From Desulfurellales bacterium (GTDB lineage Bacteria; Campylobacterota_A; Desulfurellia; Desulfurellales; Hippeaceae): DNA of 64,000 bases. Numbering within the stretch: the stretch's first letter is position 1; each line of letters begins with the position of its first letter. A model generated the notes under the pieces. That model was given only the letters and a program-made list of their open reading frames with translations. It searched no databases and was not told the origin of the DNA. The stretch spans positions 19 through 64,018 of the forward strand of contig JAMOQJ010000012.1 in the NCBI GenBank assembly GCA_027064065.1, given 5' to 3'. The position numbers were made by a program, and so were the translations under genes. Shown piece by piece: positions 46,649 to 55,837 of the stretch.

Positions 46649-49600
46649 TTATTTCGCTACTGCATCTTTCTTTTTCCTATCAAACATATACGCAAACATA
46701 GGAACATAGATGAGTGTCAAAAATGTCCCAACTATAAGTCCACCGACGGCAACATCAGCCAGTGGCGAAAGCCTCTCCAATCCCACGGCATTTTCAAGCG
46801 CAATTGGAATCATACCCGCAATTGTTCCAAATGCTGTCATCATAACAGGCCTAAATCTAACTTTTACACTTTCAACGGCGGATTCAAACGGCGGATTCTT
46901 TTTTCTGTAATTTTGATAAAAATCAATCAGCAAAACAGAGTTTTTTATGATTATTCCAAATAATAGCAGCACTCCCATCATTGAAGGCATACAGCTCGGT
47001 TTGTTTAGAATAAGCATACCCCATGCTGCTCCTATCATAGACATAGGCAGAACAACAATCATAACCAAAGCCATAGTAACGGAACGATATATTGCAATGA
47101 GTGTCATTGTTAAAATTATAACGCCTATTAGTATTGCTTTTATCATCCTTTTAAAACTATCATTTAATTGAGCTATGTCGCCCGCTTGTGAAATTTTATA
47201 ACCGTCTGTATCTATATGTTTTAGAATATTGTTACTGTCGCCGGTTATGATGGTTATGGGTTTTTTTGTTCTGTATCCATTAACGTCTACGCTATACAAC
47301 AAATCGTCTCTCTCTATCTTAGCTGCCGTAAATTGTTTTTTAAATGTTGCAAATTCTCCAAGAGGTATATATCCATATTTGGTTTTTATCGGTATAAGTT
47401 TAATGCTATCTAAGTTTTCGTTAAACTTGCCCTTTAAATAGATTCTTACAAGTTGTGTATTCATAGAAGCAAAATCACCATTTAAGGATGCAATACGGCC
47501 GTTTATGGGTATCTGCATGGCTATTTGGTAAGGTGTTAAACCATAGCTTAGCGCTTTATTGGTATCAATAGATACCTTAATTTCACTAAAATCACTATTC
47601 CAACTTGTATCTATGGATGTCAAACCTTTTATCTTACCAATTGCTTTTGCAATTTCATTTGCTTTTTGCGGGAGTATGTCGTCGTTGGGACTTTCTATTC
47701 GTATGTCTAACGGAGCTTTTATGGTTGACATAGCTGTAGCGCCAAAATCATACACATCGGCACTTTTTAATCCTTGAATTGTGTGTAGCTTATCTCTTAT
47801 TTTGTTTTCTATTTGCCAGATAGTCAATTTTCTATGAAATCTATCAACACAGTTTACGGTTATTGTAGCTTCGCTTGGCAAGTTGCCACTGCCTAATGAT
47901 AAAACCCCGGCTTCTGAACCAAAAGCAACCGAGCTCATAGCTACATATTTTTTGCTGTGCAACCAAGTTAAAAACGGTTTTATCCTATCTTCTGCTACAT
48001 TGACAGTGTCATTTGAGCTAAATTTTACATGCGCTTTTATGATTCCCGTATCCATAGGCGGCATTAAATCTCTTCCTATTACCGGCATAACATTTTTCAT
48101 ACTAAGAATAAATACCAAAAAAACACCGACGATAAGCAGTGTTCTTTTTAAAATATACCCGCCACTATTTGAAAATTGCAAAATACCTATGTATCCGCCT
48201 GTCATTCTTCCTATTGTTTTTTGGTAGAATGTTTCAAAAAGTTTTTCTAATTTTGTTTTGTCTGTACCGTTTTTATATAGGTATATGGAGAGTTTGGGAA
48301 TAAATGTGATTGATAAAAAATAGGAAACAAGCAAGGATATTATGAGTGTGGAAATTAACGGTCTAAATATTTTTTGTGGAAAATCGCCGACAAACATCAA
48401 TGGGAATAAAATGACAATGGTAGATAAGGTGCCGGCAAATACAGGTCCTATAACCTCTTTTGTGCCATGTTCTATGGCTGTCTCCAAATCTTCTTTAAGT
48501 TCATTCAAGTGCCGCTCTATATTTTCAAGCACAACCACGGCATCGTCTGTAAGCATACCAAGTGATAAGATTATTGCAGTGTATACAACAATATTCAACT
48601 CACCGCCTGTAAGCCATATGATAGCAATGGTCGAAAAGAACACCATAGGTATCGATATGCCTGCAGCTATAAGGGCTCTAAAGTTTCCAAGAAATATCAT
48701 TAATACAATAAGTGTATAAATAATGGCATCGCGCAGTGCTTCAAGCATATTTGTGTTTGAGGTTTTTATTAAATTTCTCTGCGTATCCGATATCTGAAAA
48801 TCTATATTAGGGTATCTTTCTTCTATCTTTGCTATTTCAGCTCTTGCTGCATTTGATACATCGAGCACACTGCCGCCAGGCGCTCTTTGTATGGATAATG
48901 CTATGGCATCTTTGCCATTTCCCATATATCCGCTGAAGCGTTTTTGGTGTGACCATGTAACATTCGCAACACTGCCCAAGGTTATGTTCGGTGCGATTTT
49001 TATGTTCTTTAGCCTTTCTATCTCGTCCTTTTCTCCATAGTATGTAAGGGTTAAGAAATTATCTTTGCTTTTCATAAAACCCATAGGCAAATCTTTGTTT
49101 ATTGACCTTACGGCATTTATTATTTTATCTGTTGAAAGGTTGTATTTTGCAACCTTGTAAGGGTCTATTTCAATATTTATGGCACTTTGATATCCTCCGA
49201 AAACCTCTACATTTCCAATACGCTTATTGCTCAAAAGGTATGGTTTGATAAAACTATCTGCAATCTTTCTTATATCAGCAAGTGTAATATTTGAGTTTTT
49301 CGGACTTAATGCAACGACATCGACAGGAAGGGTAAAGCTTCCTACTGTGTAGATTGCAGGATTTGCATTGCTTGGTAGTTTTGATTTTGCAATAGATAAT
49401 GCGTTTGCAACATCAACAGCAGCATTTTCCAATCCTTTTTTATACTCAAACTCAGCCTTTACTATTGAAAAATTGGCGACATTTGTACTGCTTACATCTC
49501 TCACCAAACTCAATCTTGACAGTTCCTGCTCTATCGGCTTTGAAACGGAACTTGCAGCAACCTTTGCTGTTGCTCCCGGAATTTGGGTAATAACAACAAC

Positions 49601-49726
49601 CTGCGGCCTATCGCTATCAGGGAAGAGATTTTTAGGCAAGTCTATAAGTCCGACTATTCCAAGAACAAATAGAAGGGCTATAATACTAAAAAGCGTATAT
49701 GGACGTTTATAAAAATAATCAAACAT
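46649..49726 (-). CDS. RND efflux transporter permease (AcrB/HAE family)
   Basis: 1025 aa with 12-TM and two-large-loop RND architecture. Confidence 0.9.
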   Translation of the reverse strand: MFDYFYKRPYTLFSIIALLFVLGIVGLIDLPKNLFPDSDRPQVVVITQIPGATAKVAASSVSKPIEQELSRLSLVRDVSSTNVANFSIVKAEFEYKKGLENAAVDVANALSIAKSKLPSNANPAIYTVGSFTLPVDVVALSPKNSNITLADIRKIADSFIKPYLLSNKRIGNVEVFGGYQSAINIEIDPYKVAKYNLSTDKIINAVRSINKDLPMGFMKSKDNFLTLTYYGEKDEIERLKNIKIAPNITLGSVANVTWSHQKRFSGYMGNGKDAIALSIQRAPGGSVLDVSNAARAEIAKIEERYPNIDFQISDTQRNLIKTSNTNMLEALRDAIIYTLIVLMIFLGNFRALIAAGISIPMVFFSTIAIIWLTGGELNIVVYTAIILSLGMLTDDAVVVLENIERHLNELKEDLETAIEHGTKEVIGPVFAGTLSTIVILFPLMFVGDFPQKIFRPLISTLIISLLVSYFLSITFIPKLSIYLYKNGTDKTKLEKLFETFYQKTIGRMTGGYIGILQFSNSGGYILKRTLLIVGVFLVFILSMKNVMPVIGRDLMPPMDTGIIKAHVKFSSNDTVNVAEDRIKPFLTWLHSKKYVAMSSVAFGSEAGVLSLGSGNLPSEATITVNCVDRFHRKLTIWQIENKIRDKLHTIQGLKSADVYDFGATAMSTIKAPLDIRIESPNDDILPQKANEIAKAIGKIKGLTSIDTSWNSDFSEIKVSIDTNKALSYGLTPYQIAMQIPINGRIASLNGDFASMNTQLVRIYLKGKFNENLDSIKLIPIKTKYGYIPLGEFATFKKQFTAAKIERDDLLYSVDVNGYRTKKPITIITGDSNNILKHIDTDGYKISQAGDIAQLNDSFKRMIKAILIGVIILTMTLIAIYRSVTMALVMIVVLPMSMIGAAWGMLILNKPSCMPSMMGVLLLFGIIIKNSVLLIDFYQNYRKKNPPFESAVESVKVRFRPVMMTAFGTIAGMIPIALENAVGLERLSPLADVAVGGLIVGTFLTLIYVPMFAYMFDRKKKDAVAK

Positions 49727-50809
49727 CTATTGCTCCTTTTTTATTAAAGCACCGCTAAAAAGTTTTAGAAGTATATCCGGTTTTGCAACAACCAACTCTT
49801 TATCTATCAGTGTTTCATCGTTTACAGCCAATCCTTCTTCACCGCTTGCAACGATATCGATTTCTTTTGGAGTTGCTCTATTGTTAGATGCTATAAACAC
49901 ATAATTTTTATCATTATCATTCAAGATTGCATCAATTGGCAGTTTTATCGCTTTGCCGTTAAAAACAACCACACCTATCTCCACTCTTGAGTTGGTGTTT
50001 ATGGTTGTTTCCACGTCGGCTTTATATTCGTTTAGTCCGTTAAATGTGCCGTTCAATGCTTCTATCGGATAAAATTTATTATTAAAGATAATGCCTTTTG
50101 GGTTTACATTTTGGGGAAGTCTGACAAGAATATACTTTTCGCCTTCTGATGATATTTCATATATGGGCTTGCCCGGCATTGCAATATCTCCGACATTAAA
50201 GAATCTTTTACTTATAACACCGTCAACCGGTGATTTAATTAATGCATAGCCAAGCAGTGTTTTTAACTCGTTTATTGTGCTGTGGACGCTTTTTATCTGT
50301 GCATTTATTGCCGATATATTTGATTTTATGTTTGATAACGCATCTTCTTCTTTTTGATACTGCTCTATGGATGCGCCTTTGACATCCAAGAGCTCTTTTG
50401 TTCTTTTGTGTGTTAGAATCATATTATTTAATGTTAATTTTGCCGAGTTTAGTTTTGAGTTTAATGATTTTAAGGATGATTTTGCAGATACCAACTTTGA
50501 TAGTATGCTGCTCGAATCAAGTTTTGCTACCACTTCGCCCTTTTTTACCTTATCTCCAAGTTGTTTCATAGTGATTATTCTTGCTGCGATTTTTGTTGAG
50601 ATTTTTACATCCAAGCCGCTTTTAACCAAACCCAAACTTGTCATCGTCAATTTAAAACTACTCACTTTGGGCTTAATTGTCTTAACAACTACAGGGTATT
50701 GCTTGACGGGTTTCAGCTTTGCAAGGTCTGACTTTTTCTTTTTTATCAAAGCCACCGCGCCCACAATCAACACAATAGAAACCAATATTATAATTACATT
50801 CTTTTTCAC
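49727..50809 (-). CDS. RND efflux periplasmic adaptor (membrane fusion protein)
   Basis: N-terminal anchor, coiled-coil hairpin and beta-barrel pattern. It abuts the RND permease. Confidence 0.85.
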   Translation of the reverse strand: MKKNVIIILVSIVLIVGAVALIKKKKSDLAKLKPVKQYPVVVKTIKPKVSSFKLTMTSLGLVKSGLDVKISTKIAARIITMKQLGDKVKKGEVVAKLDSSSILSKLVSAKSSLKSLNSKLNSAKLTLNNMILTHKRTKELLDVKGASIEQYQKEEDALSNIKSNISAINAQIKSVHSTINELKTLLGYALIKSPVDGVISKRFFNVGDIAMPGKPIYEISSEGEKYILVRLPQNVNPKGIIFNNKFYPIEALNGTFNGLNEYKADVETTINTNSRVEIGVVVFNGKAIKLPIDAILNDNDKNYVFIASNNRATPKEIDIVASGEEGLAVNDETLIDKELVVAKPDILLKLFSGALIKKEQ

Positions 50810-52083
50810 TTTACCATCTCCTCCAAGTTATTTCCGTATATAACGGCAAGTTTCGAAAATATATTCCATTTTTTGTAATGTAGGTTAAAAAGATTGGCTT
50901 TTGCTCTAAAGAGAGCATCTTCATATCTTAAATACTCTTCTTCAGTCATTCTTTGATTTTTAAATGCTACTTTAGCGTACCTTAAAAGCTGTTTTTGATT
51001 TTGAACGCTTTTTAGAGCAATCTTGATAGATTTATTTACTATATCCAACTCTTTGTTTAAAGCATAAGATTCGCTGAGCAGTTCAAGTTTGGTCTGTTCA
51101 AGGGTGGATTTGCTTTTTTTATATTCAACTTCTGCTTTTTGAATGTCGGTGTTGATGGTTTTATCAAAAATCGGCATGCTTAAGTATATGCCGACGCTAC
51201 CATAATTTCTTATAACGGATTCATTATTATTGTAGCCTTTTCCAAAATTTCTAAAGATTTGTGATTTAAGTGTTATGCTTGGATATCTTTTTCTTTTTTC
51301 GGATTCAAGTGCATATTTTTGTGCTTTTGTGAATGATTTTATCGGTTTGAGAGCATAGATTTCAGATTCGTTTAAATTGGATGTTTGTTGCATATCTACA
51401 GATTTTTCTAATTTTATGGATGTCAAATTCTCCATTAAGGATTTTAATTTTGTAATATTTGATTCTACAGCTTGTCTTTGTATGTCTATTTGATTGATAT
51501 TTTCATCTATTTTTATTGCCTGTATTTCCGGGATTCTGCCGTTTTTTACACCTATCTCGATGCTCTTTAATGCCGCTTGTAGTGATTTCTTTTTTGCTTC
51601 AAGTGCCAAGGTTAAATTTTCAAGGTATCTTAAATTGGCATTTATCGATACTATCATGGCTTCATTTTGGAGAAGCTTTATCCTTGCTTTTTCCTTGGCG
51701 CTTTTGTGCATCATTTGGGCTTTTTTGCTTAAACTAAATAAAGAATAGACAAAGACAGGCATAGAAAATTTAACGCCAATCTTTCTTATATTTCGACTAA
51801 ACGGTAATGCGCCGTGTTGAGCCATAATGCTAGAGCTTTCTGTTGGTGCGGTCGGTCTTAAATTGGTTGGAGAGCTGAAATGTTCATAACTTGCAAGTCC
51901 GTAAATTTTAGGATAGAAATTTGCATTCACTTTTTGTTTGGATATTTCTGCGGATTTTGTTATGAGCGTGTCTATCTTTGTGATGGGCTGTTTTTTTAGA
52001 GCTTGAAAAAGTTGACTAATTGTTACAGCGCTTGCGTCTACGCTTAAAAAAATAGCCAAAATAAAAACAACAATTTTAATCAT
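50806..52083 (-). CDS. TolC-family outer membrane efflux protein
   Basis: Signal peptide and two-repeat OEP pattern. 4-nt overlaps with both neighbours. Confidence 0.8.
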   Translation of the reverse strand: MIKIVVFILAIFLSVDASAVTISQLFQALKKQPITKIDTLITKSAEISKQKVNANFYPKIYGLASYEHFSSPTNLRPTAPTESSSIMAQHGALPFSRNIRKIGVKFSMPVFVYSLFSLSKKAQMMHKSAKEKARIKLLQNEAMIVSINANLRYLENLTLALEAKKKSLQAALKSIEIGVKNGRIPEIQAIKIDENINQIDIQRQAVESNITKLKSLMENLTSIKLEKSVDMQQTSNLNESEIYALKPIKSFTKAQKYALESEKRKRYPSITLKSQIFRNFGKGYNNNESVIRNYGSVGIYLSMPIFDKTINTDIQKAEVEYKKSKSTLEQTKLELLSESYALNKELDIVNKSIKIALKSVQNQKQLLRYAKVAFKNQRMTEEEYLRYEDALFRAKANLFNLHYKKWNIFSKLAVIYGNNLEEMVK

Positions 52084-52703
52084 TTTACCCCCAATCCTTT
52101 TAAAATTATTTCATACAACTGTCTATTGGCATATTTATCATCTTTGTTGAAGTTTTTTGGAGTATTGTCAAACGTTTCATAGATACTGCTTCTTTTATCC
52201 TTTGTTGTCAAAAGAAAGCTGATTCCGCCTACAATCATGAAGTGAACAAGTTTTGTATCGGTTTTTTTAAATACACCTTCATTATAGCCTTTGTCGAGAA
52301 TATCTTCTAAAATAGAGAGCATTCTTAAAAATTTTTTCATCACCTGTTTTGGAAACAGATAGCACTGTGAAGCAACAGCCCTTAAGAGTATTCTCATAAA
52401 TGTCTCATCTTCTTTTGAGTTAAAATAAAAGGAATCTATGTATGCTTTCAGGGCATCTGTTGCGGTTTTTGTATTTTTAAGCCGTTTTTCCAAATCGTTG
52501 ACTACATTATTTATGCTCTCTGCAAAAACATACTCATACAGAGCTTCTTTGTCTTTGAAATAGTAATATATTGTGGCTTTATTTACCTTAGCTTGTTTTG
52601 CAAGCTCATCCATTGTTGTTCCGTTAAATCCTTTATTTGCAAACATATCCTTAGCCGCAAGTATTATCTTTTCTTTTTTTGCCATGCTGTCTTTCTTGTC
52701 CAT
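52080..52703 (-). CDS. TetR/AcrR-family transcriptional regulator
   Basis: N-terminal HTH (GFNGTTMDELAKQAKVNKATIYYYFKDKEALY). It is the first gene of the efflux operon. Confidence 0.88.
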   Translation of the reverse strand: MDKKDSMAKKEKIILAAKDMFANKGFNGTTMDELAKQAKVNKATIYYYFKDKEALYEYVFAESINNVVNDLEKRLKNTKTATDALKAYIDSFYFNSKEDETFMRILLRAVASQCYLFPKQVMKKFLRMLSILEDILDKGYNEGVFKKTDTKLVHFMIVGGISFLLTTKDKRSSIYETFDNTPKNFNKDDKYANRQLYEIILKGLGVK

Positions 52704-52724
52704 TAAAAAAATCTCCCTGCATAC

Positions 52725-52753
52725 AGTTAACTAAATAGTTAGTTTAACTAATT
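52725..52753. promoter_or_regulatory. array of AACTA/TAGTT half-sites; candidate TetR operator
   Basis: AGTTAACTAAATAGTTAGTTTAACTAATT contains AGTTAACT (self-complementary), AACTA-aa-TAGTT and TAGTT-t-AACTA. It lies 22-50 nt upstream of the tetR start. Confidence 0.45.
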
Positions 52754-52914
52754 GGTTGGCAATGTCAATGATAAAAAGTGTTTTCTAAGGTAGCTATTTC
52801 CTGTAAAAATAAAGCAGTTCAACATAATATTTTTACTAAAGGTTAGAAAGGGCGCAAAAAAAGATGTTTATTTATTGTAGAGTGTTGCTAAAAATCTAAC
52901 TATGCACATCTTCC

Positions 52915-52943
52915 TTGATTTTTTCTTTTGTTTTCAGTATTAT
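52915..52943 (+). promoter_or_regulatory. candidate sigma-70 promoter of the rpsF operon
   Basis: TTGATT (52915-52920), a 17-nt spacer, then TATTAT (52938-52943). Confidence 0.45.
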
Positions 52944-53010
52944 GCTTGCCTGATTCCTTGCTTTCCTTGTAAAAAGCACGGGAAGCCAAAAGTCCAAAAG
53001 GAGGGTTTTT

Positions 53011-53358
53011 ATGAAGTATTACGAGTTGCTCTACATCGTCCAGCCCACCCTTTCAGAAGAAGATTTGAAGGGTATTATGGGCGATATTGCCGGAAGGATA
53101 GAAAAAGCCGGTGGGAAGATTCTTAAAAATGAGGTATGGCAGAAGAGAAATCTTGCATACCCAATCAAGAAATTCAAACAGGGATATTATGTATTGGTGC
53201 ACTACAAAGCCGAAGCAAATGTCCCAAAAGAGATTGAAGAAAGAATGAGAATTAAGGAAGACATCTTGAGATTTATGACAACAAACATGTTAAAGAAGGA
53301 TATGGCGGCATACGAAAAGCAGCAAAACCAAGAAGCAAAAGACGATGGCAACGCTTAA
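53011..53358 (+). CDS. rpsF: 30S ribosomal protein S6
   Basis: MKYYELLYIVQP N-terminus, AAGGAGGG SD, first gene of the S6-SSB-S18-L9 block. Confidence 0.93.
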   Translation: MKYYELLYIVQPTLSEEDLKGIMGDIAGRIEKAGGKILKNEVWQKRNLAYPIKKFKQGYYVLVHYKAEANVPKEIEERMRIKEDILRFMTTNMLKKDMAAYEKQQNQEAKDDGNA

Positions 53359-53746
53359 TAAAGTTCTGTTGATGGGTAATTTAACGAGAGACCCTGAATT
53401 GCGTTACACACCAAGCGGTCTTGCTATAGCATCGTTTGGTATTGCTGTTAATAGCCCTATTGGAAAAGACGACAGCGGAAACCCAAAAACAGAAACGCTC
53501 TTTATAGATGCCACGGCTTTCGGAAGGTTGGCTGAAACTATAGCTGAGTATCTAAAAAAGGGTGCTCCCATATTTGTCGAAGGCAGGTTGAGATATAGAA
53601 CTTGGGAAGACAATAACGGCAACAGACGCTCAAAACATGAAATTGTAGTAAATAATTTTCAGTTTTTGGCATCAAGAGAAAAACAGTCAAGTTCCGTTGC
53701 CAGTGAGATAGAAACACCGACTGAAGATGAAGATATTCCATTTTAA
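53345..53746 (+). CDS. ssb: single-stranded DNA-binding protein
   Basis: LNKVLLMGNLTRDPELRYTPSG OB-fold N-terminus and acidic tail ending DEDIPF. Confidence 0.93.
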   Translation: MATLNKVLLMGNLTRDPELRYTPSGLAIASFGIAVNSPIGKDDSGNPKTETLFIDATAFGRLAETIAEYLKKGAPIFVEGRLRYRTWEDNNGNRRSKHEIVVNNFQFLASREKQSSSVASEIETPTEDEDIPF

Positions 53747-53764
53747 AATTTACGGAGGTAGAAA

Positions 53765-54022
53765 ATGAATAATAATAGAAAAAGAAGATATTTTAGATAC
53801 CCAAAAAAGAAATTTTGTCATTTCTGTTCGAATAAAATGGATGAGATAGATTATAAAGACATAAATCTACTCTCAAGATATGTTACGGAAAGATACAAAA
53901 TATTGGGCAGAAAAACTACAGCAACATGCGCAAAACACCAAAGAATGCTAACAACCGCAATCAAAAGAGCAAGGGTTATGGCTCTTCTTCCATTCACCGT
54001 TAGCAGAAAACTAAAGGGATAA
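53765..54022 (+). CDS. rpsR: 30S ribosomal protein S18
   Basis: 85 aa. …[25 protein letters not shown]…CAKHQR… is the S18 signature. Confidence 0.93.
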   Translation: MNNNRKRRYFRYPKKKFCHFCSNKMDEIDYKDINLLSRYVTERYKILGRKTTATCAKHQRMLTTAIKRARVMALLPFTVSRKLKG

Positions 54023-54038
54023 AAGGGGGCTTAATAAA

Positions 54039-54494
54039 ATGAAAATAGTTCTTCTTGAAGATGTAGATAAATTAGGATATGCAGGCGATATAAAGAACGT
54101 AAAAGACGGATATGCAAGGAATTATTTAATCCCAAAGGGTATTGCACTTGCCGCAACAAAAAGCAATCTAAAGGTTGTTGAAGAAAAAAGACAAAGCATT
54201 CTAAGAAAAGTAGAGAAAAAGATTGAAGAAGCCAAAAAAGTAAAAGCAGCTTTGGATGGCGTTGTAGTTGAAATTACTGCAAAAGTCGGCAAAGAAGGAA
54301 AGCTATTCGGTTCAGTTACGTCAAACGAGATATACGAAAAACTAAAAGATAAAACAGAAGGAATTGACAAGAAAGATATAAAGATTCCCGAAGGCGGCAT
54401 AAAATCTGTTGGTGAGTATGATATAGAAATAGCAATATACAGAGATATTAAGGCTTCCGTAAAGGTTATTGTAAAAGCAGAAGATGAGCAATAA
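54039..54494 (+). CDS. rplI: 50S ribosomal protein L9
   Basis: MKIVLLEDVDKLGYAGDIKNVKDGYARNYLIPKG N-terminus. Confidence 0.93.
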   Translation: MKIVLLEDVDKLGYAGDIKNVKDGYARNYLIPKGIALAATKSNLKVVEEKRQSILRKVEKKIEEAKKVKAALDGVVVEITAKVGKEGKLFGSVTSNEIYEKLKDKTEGIDKKDIKIPEGGIKSVGEYDIEIAIYRDIKASVKVIVKAEDEQ

Positions 54495-55836
54495 GCTTCT
54501 AAGAGCTTATCCACAATCGATAGAAGCAGAGAGAGCGCTTTTGTGCTCTCTTTTTTTGGATAATTCAAAGGTAGGCGATATACTTGAGATAATAGACAGC
54601 AAAGATTTTTATGACGAACGCAATATGGCTATATTTAATGCCATAAAGGAACTGTATGAAGATAACTCTCCTTTTGATTTTATAACCGTAACAAATCTTT
54701 TAAAAGAAAAGGGTTTATTGGATAAGGTTGGTTTATCTTACATAACAAGCGTAATAGACTATCTTCCAGCACCTGCAAACGCAAGATACTATGCGCAAAT
54801 CATACACAAAAAATCTATCCTGCGTTCCTTGATTGATATTTCATCGGAGATAGCGAGTGTATGCTATGAAGAGCCTGAAGAGATAGACGACATATTAAAT
54901 TTGGCAGAAAAAAAGATTTTTGAGATATCAAGCAAAAAATCAAACAAATACTTAGCCGTTGATGAGATGACCGATGAAACGTTGGAATATATAGAAGCTC
55001 TAAGAAAAAGACAAACCGTATTAACCGGCATTCCATCAGGCTTTAATGATTTGGATAGAATGACAAACGGATTTCAAAACGGCGATTTAATAATTATAGC
55101 CGGAAGGCCGAGTATGGGAAAGACTGCTTTTGCATTGAGCGCGGCTATGAATGCAGCCGTTGAGCACTCAAAAAAAATTGGCATATTTAACTTAGAAATG
55201 ACCGCAAGGCAATTAGTTTTAAGGATGTTATCGTTTTTATCGGGTATTGGTGTATCGAGCTTAAGAACAGGTTTTATCAATAACGAAGAGATGGATAGAG
55301 TTGTGAGTGCTTTGGATAAACTTAAGAAAGTCAGAATTTACATAGACGACACATCTTTTTTAACCGTTGCCGACATAAGGACAAAGGCAAGGAAAATGAA
55401 GATAGAAAAAGATATAGATATGCTTGTGATTGACTATCTTCAGCTTATCCAGGGCGCAGGTTCATCTTCTCAAAACAGGACTCAGGAAATATCAGAAATC
55501 TCAAGGTCTCTAAAGATTTTGGCAAAGGAACTTGACATACCTATAATATCCTTATCGCAGTTGAACAGAGCTGTGGAATCAAGAGACGACAAAAGACCGA
55601 TGATGGCGGATTTAAGAGAATCAGGAGCAATTGAGCAGGATGCCGACGTGATTATGTTTATATACAGAGATGAAGTTTATAATCGAAATAAAGAAGAAAA
55701 TAAAGGTAAAGCTGAAATTATCATAGGAAAGCAGAGAAACGGACCTATAGGAACGATTGAACTTCAATTCGAAAAAAAGATAGCTGCTTTTCGAAATCTA
55801 TATAAAGAAGGACAGATAATAGAGAAAAATCTCTAA
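54484..55836 (+). CDS. dnaB: replicative DNA helicase
   Basis: PQSIEAERALL N-terminus and GRPSMGKTAF Walker A. 450 aa with no intein. Confidence 0.93.
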   Translation: MSNKLLRAYPQSIEAERALLCSLFLDNSKVGDILEIIDSKDFYDERNMAIFNAIKELYEDNSPFDFITVTNLLKEKGLLDKVGLSYITSVIDYLPAPANARYYAQIIHKKSILRSLIDISSEIASVCYEEPEEIDDILNLAEKKIFEISSKKSNKYLAVDEMTDETLEYIEALRKRQTVLTGIPSGFNDLDRMTNGFQNGDLIIIAGRPSMGKTAFALSAAMNAAVEHSKKIGIFNLEMTARQLVLRMLSFLSGIGVSSLRTGFINNEEMDRVVSALDKLKKVRIYIDDTSFLTVADIRTKARKMKIEKDIDMLVIDYLQLIQGAGSSSQNRTQEISEISRSLKILAKELDIPIISLSQLNRAVESRDDKRPMMADLRESGAIEQDADVIMFIYRDEVYNRNKEENKGKAEIIIGKQRNGPIGTIELQFEKKIAAFRNLYKEGQIIEKNL

Positions 55837-55837
55837 C

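Noticed and set aside
52950-53010. Possible S6:S18 autoregulatory leader structure in the rpsF 5' UTR (GCTTTCC...GGGAAGC stem).
   Set aside because: I can draw only a 7-bp stem with one G-U pair, and I cannot recall the consensus well enough to claim a match. A covariance-model search is needed.
52902-53126. 74-aa ORF spanning the rpsF promoter, leader and the start of rpsF.
   Set aside because: It is Cys/Phe-rich and out of frame with the clear S6 gene. It begins upstream of the predicted -35 box.
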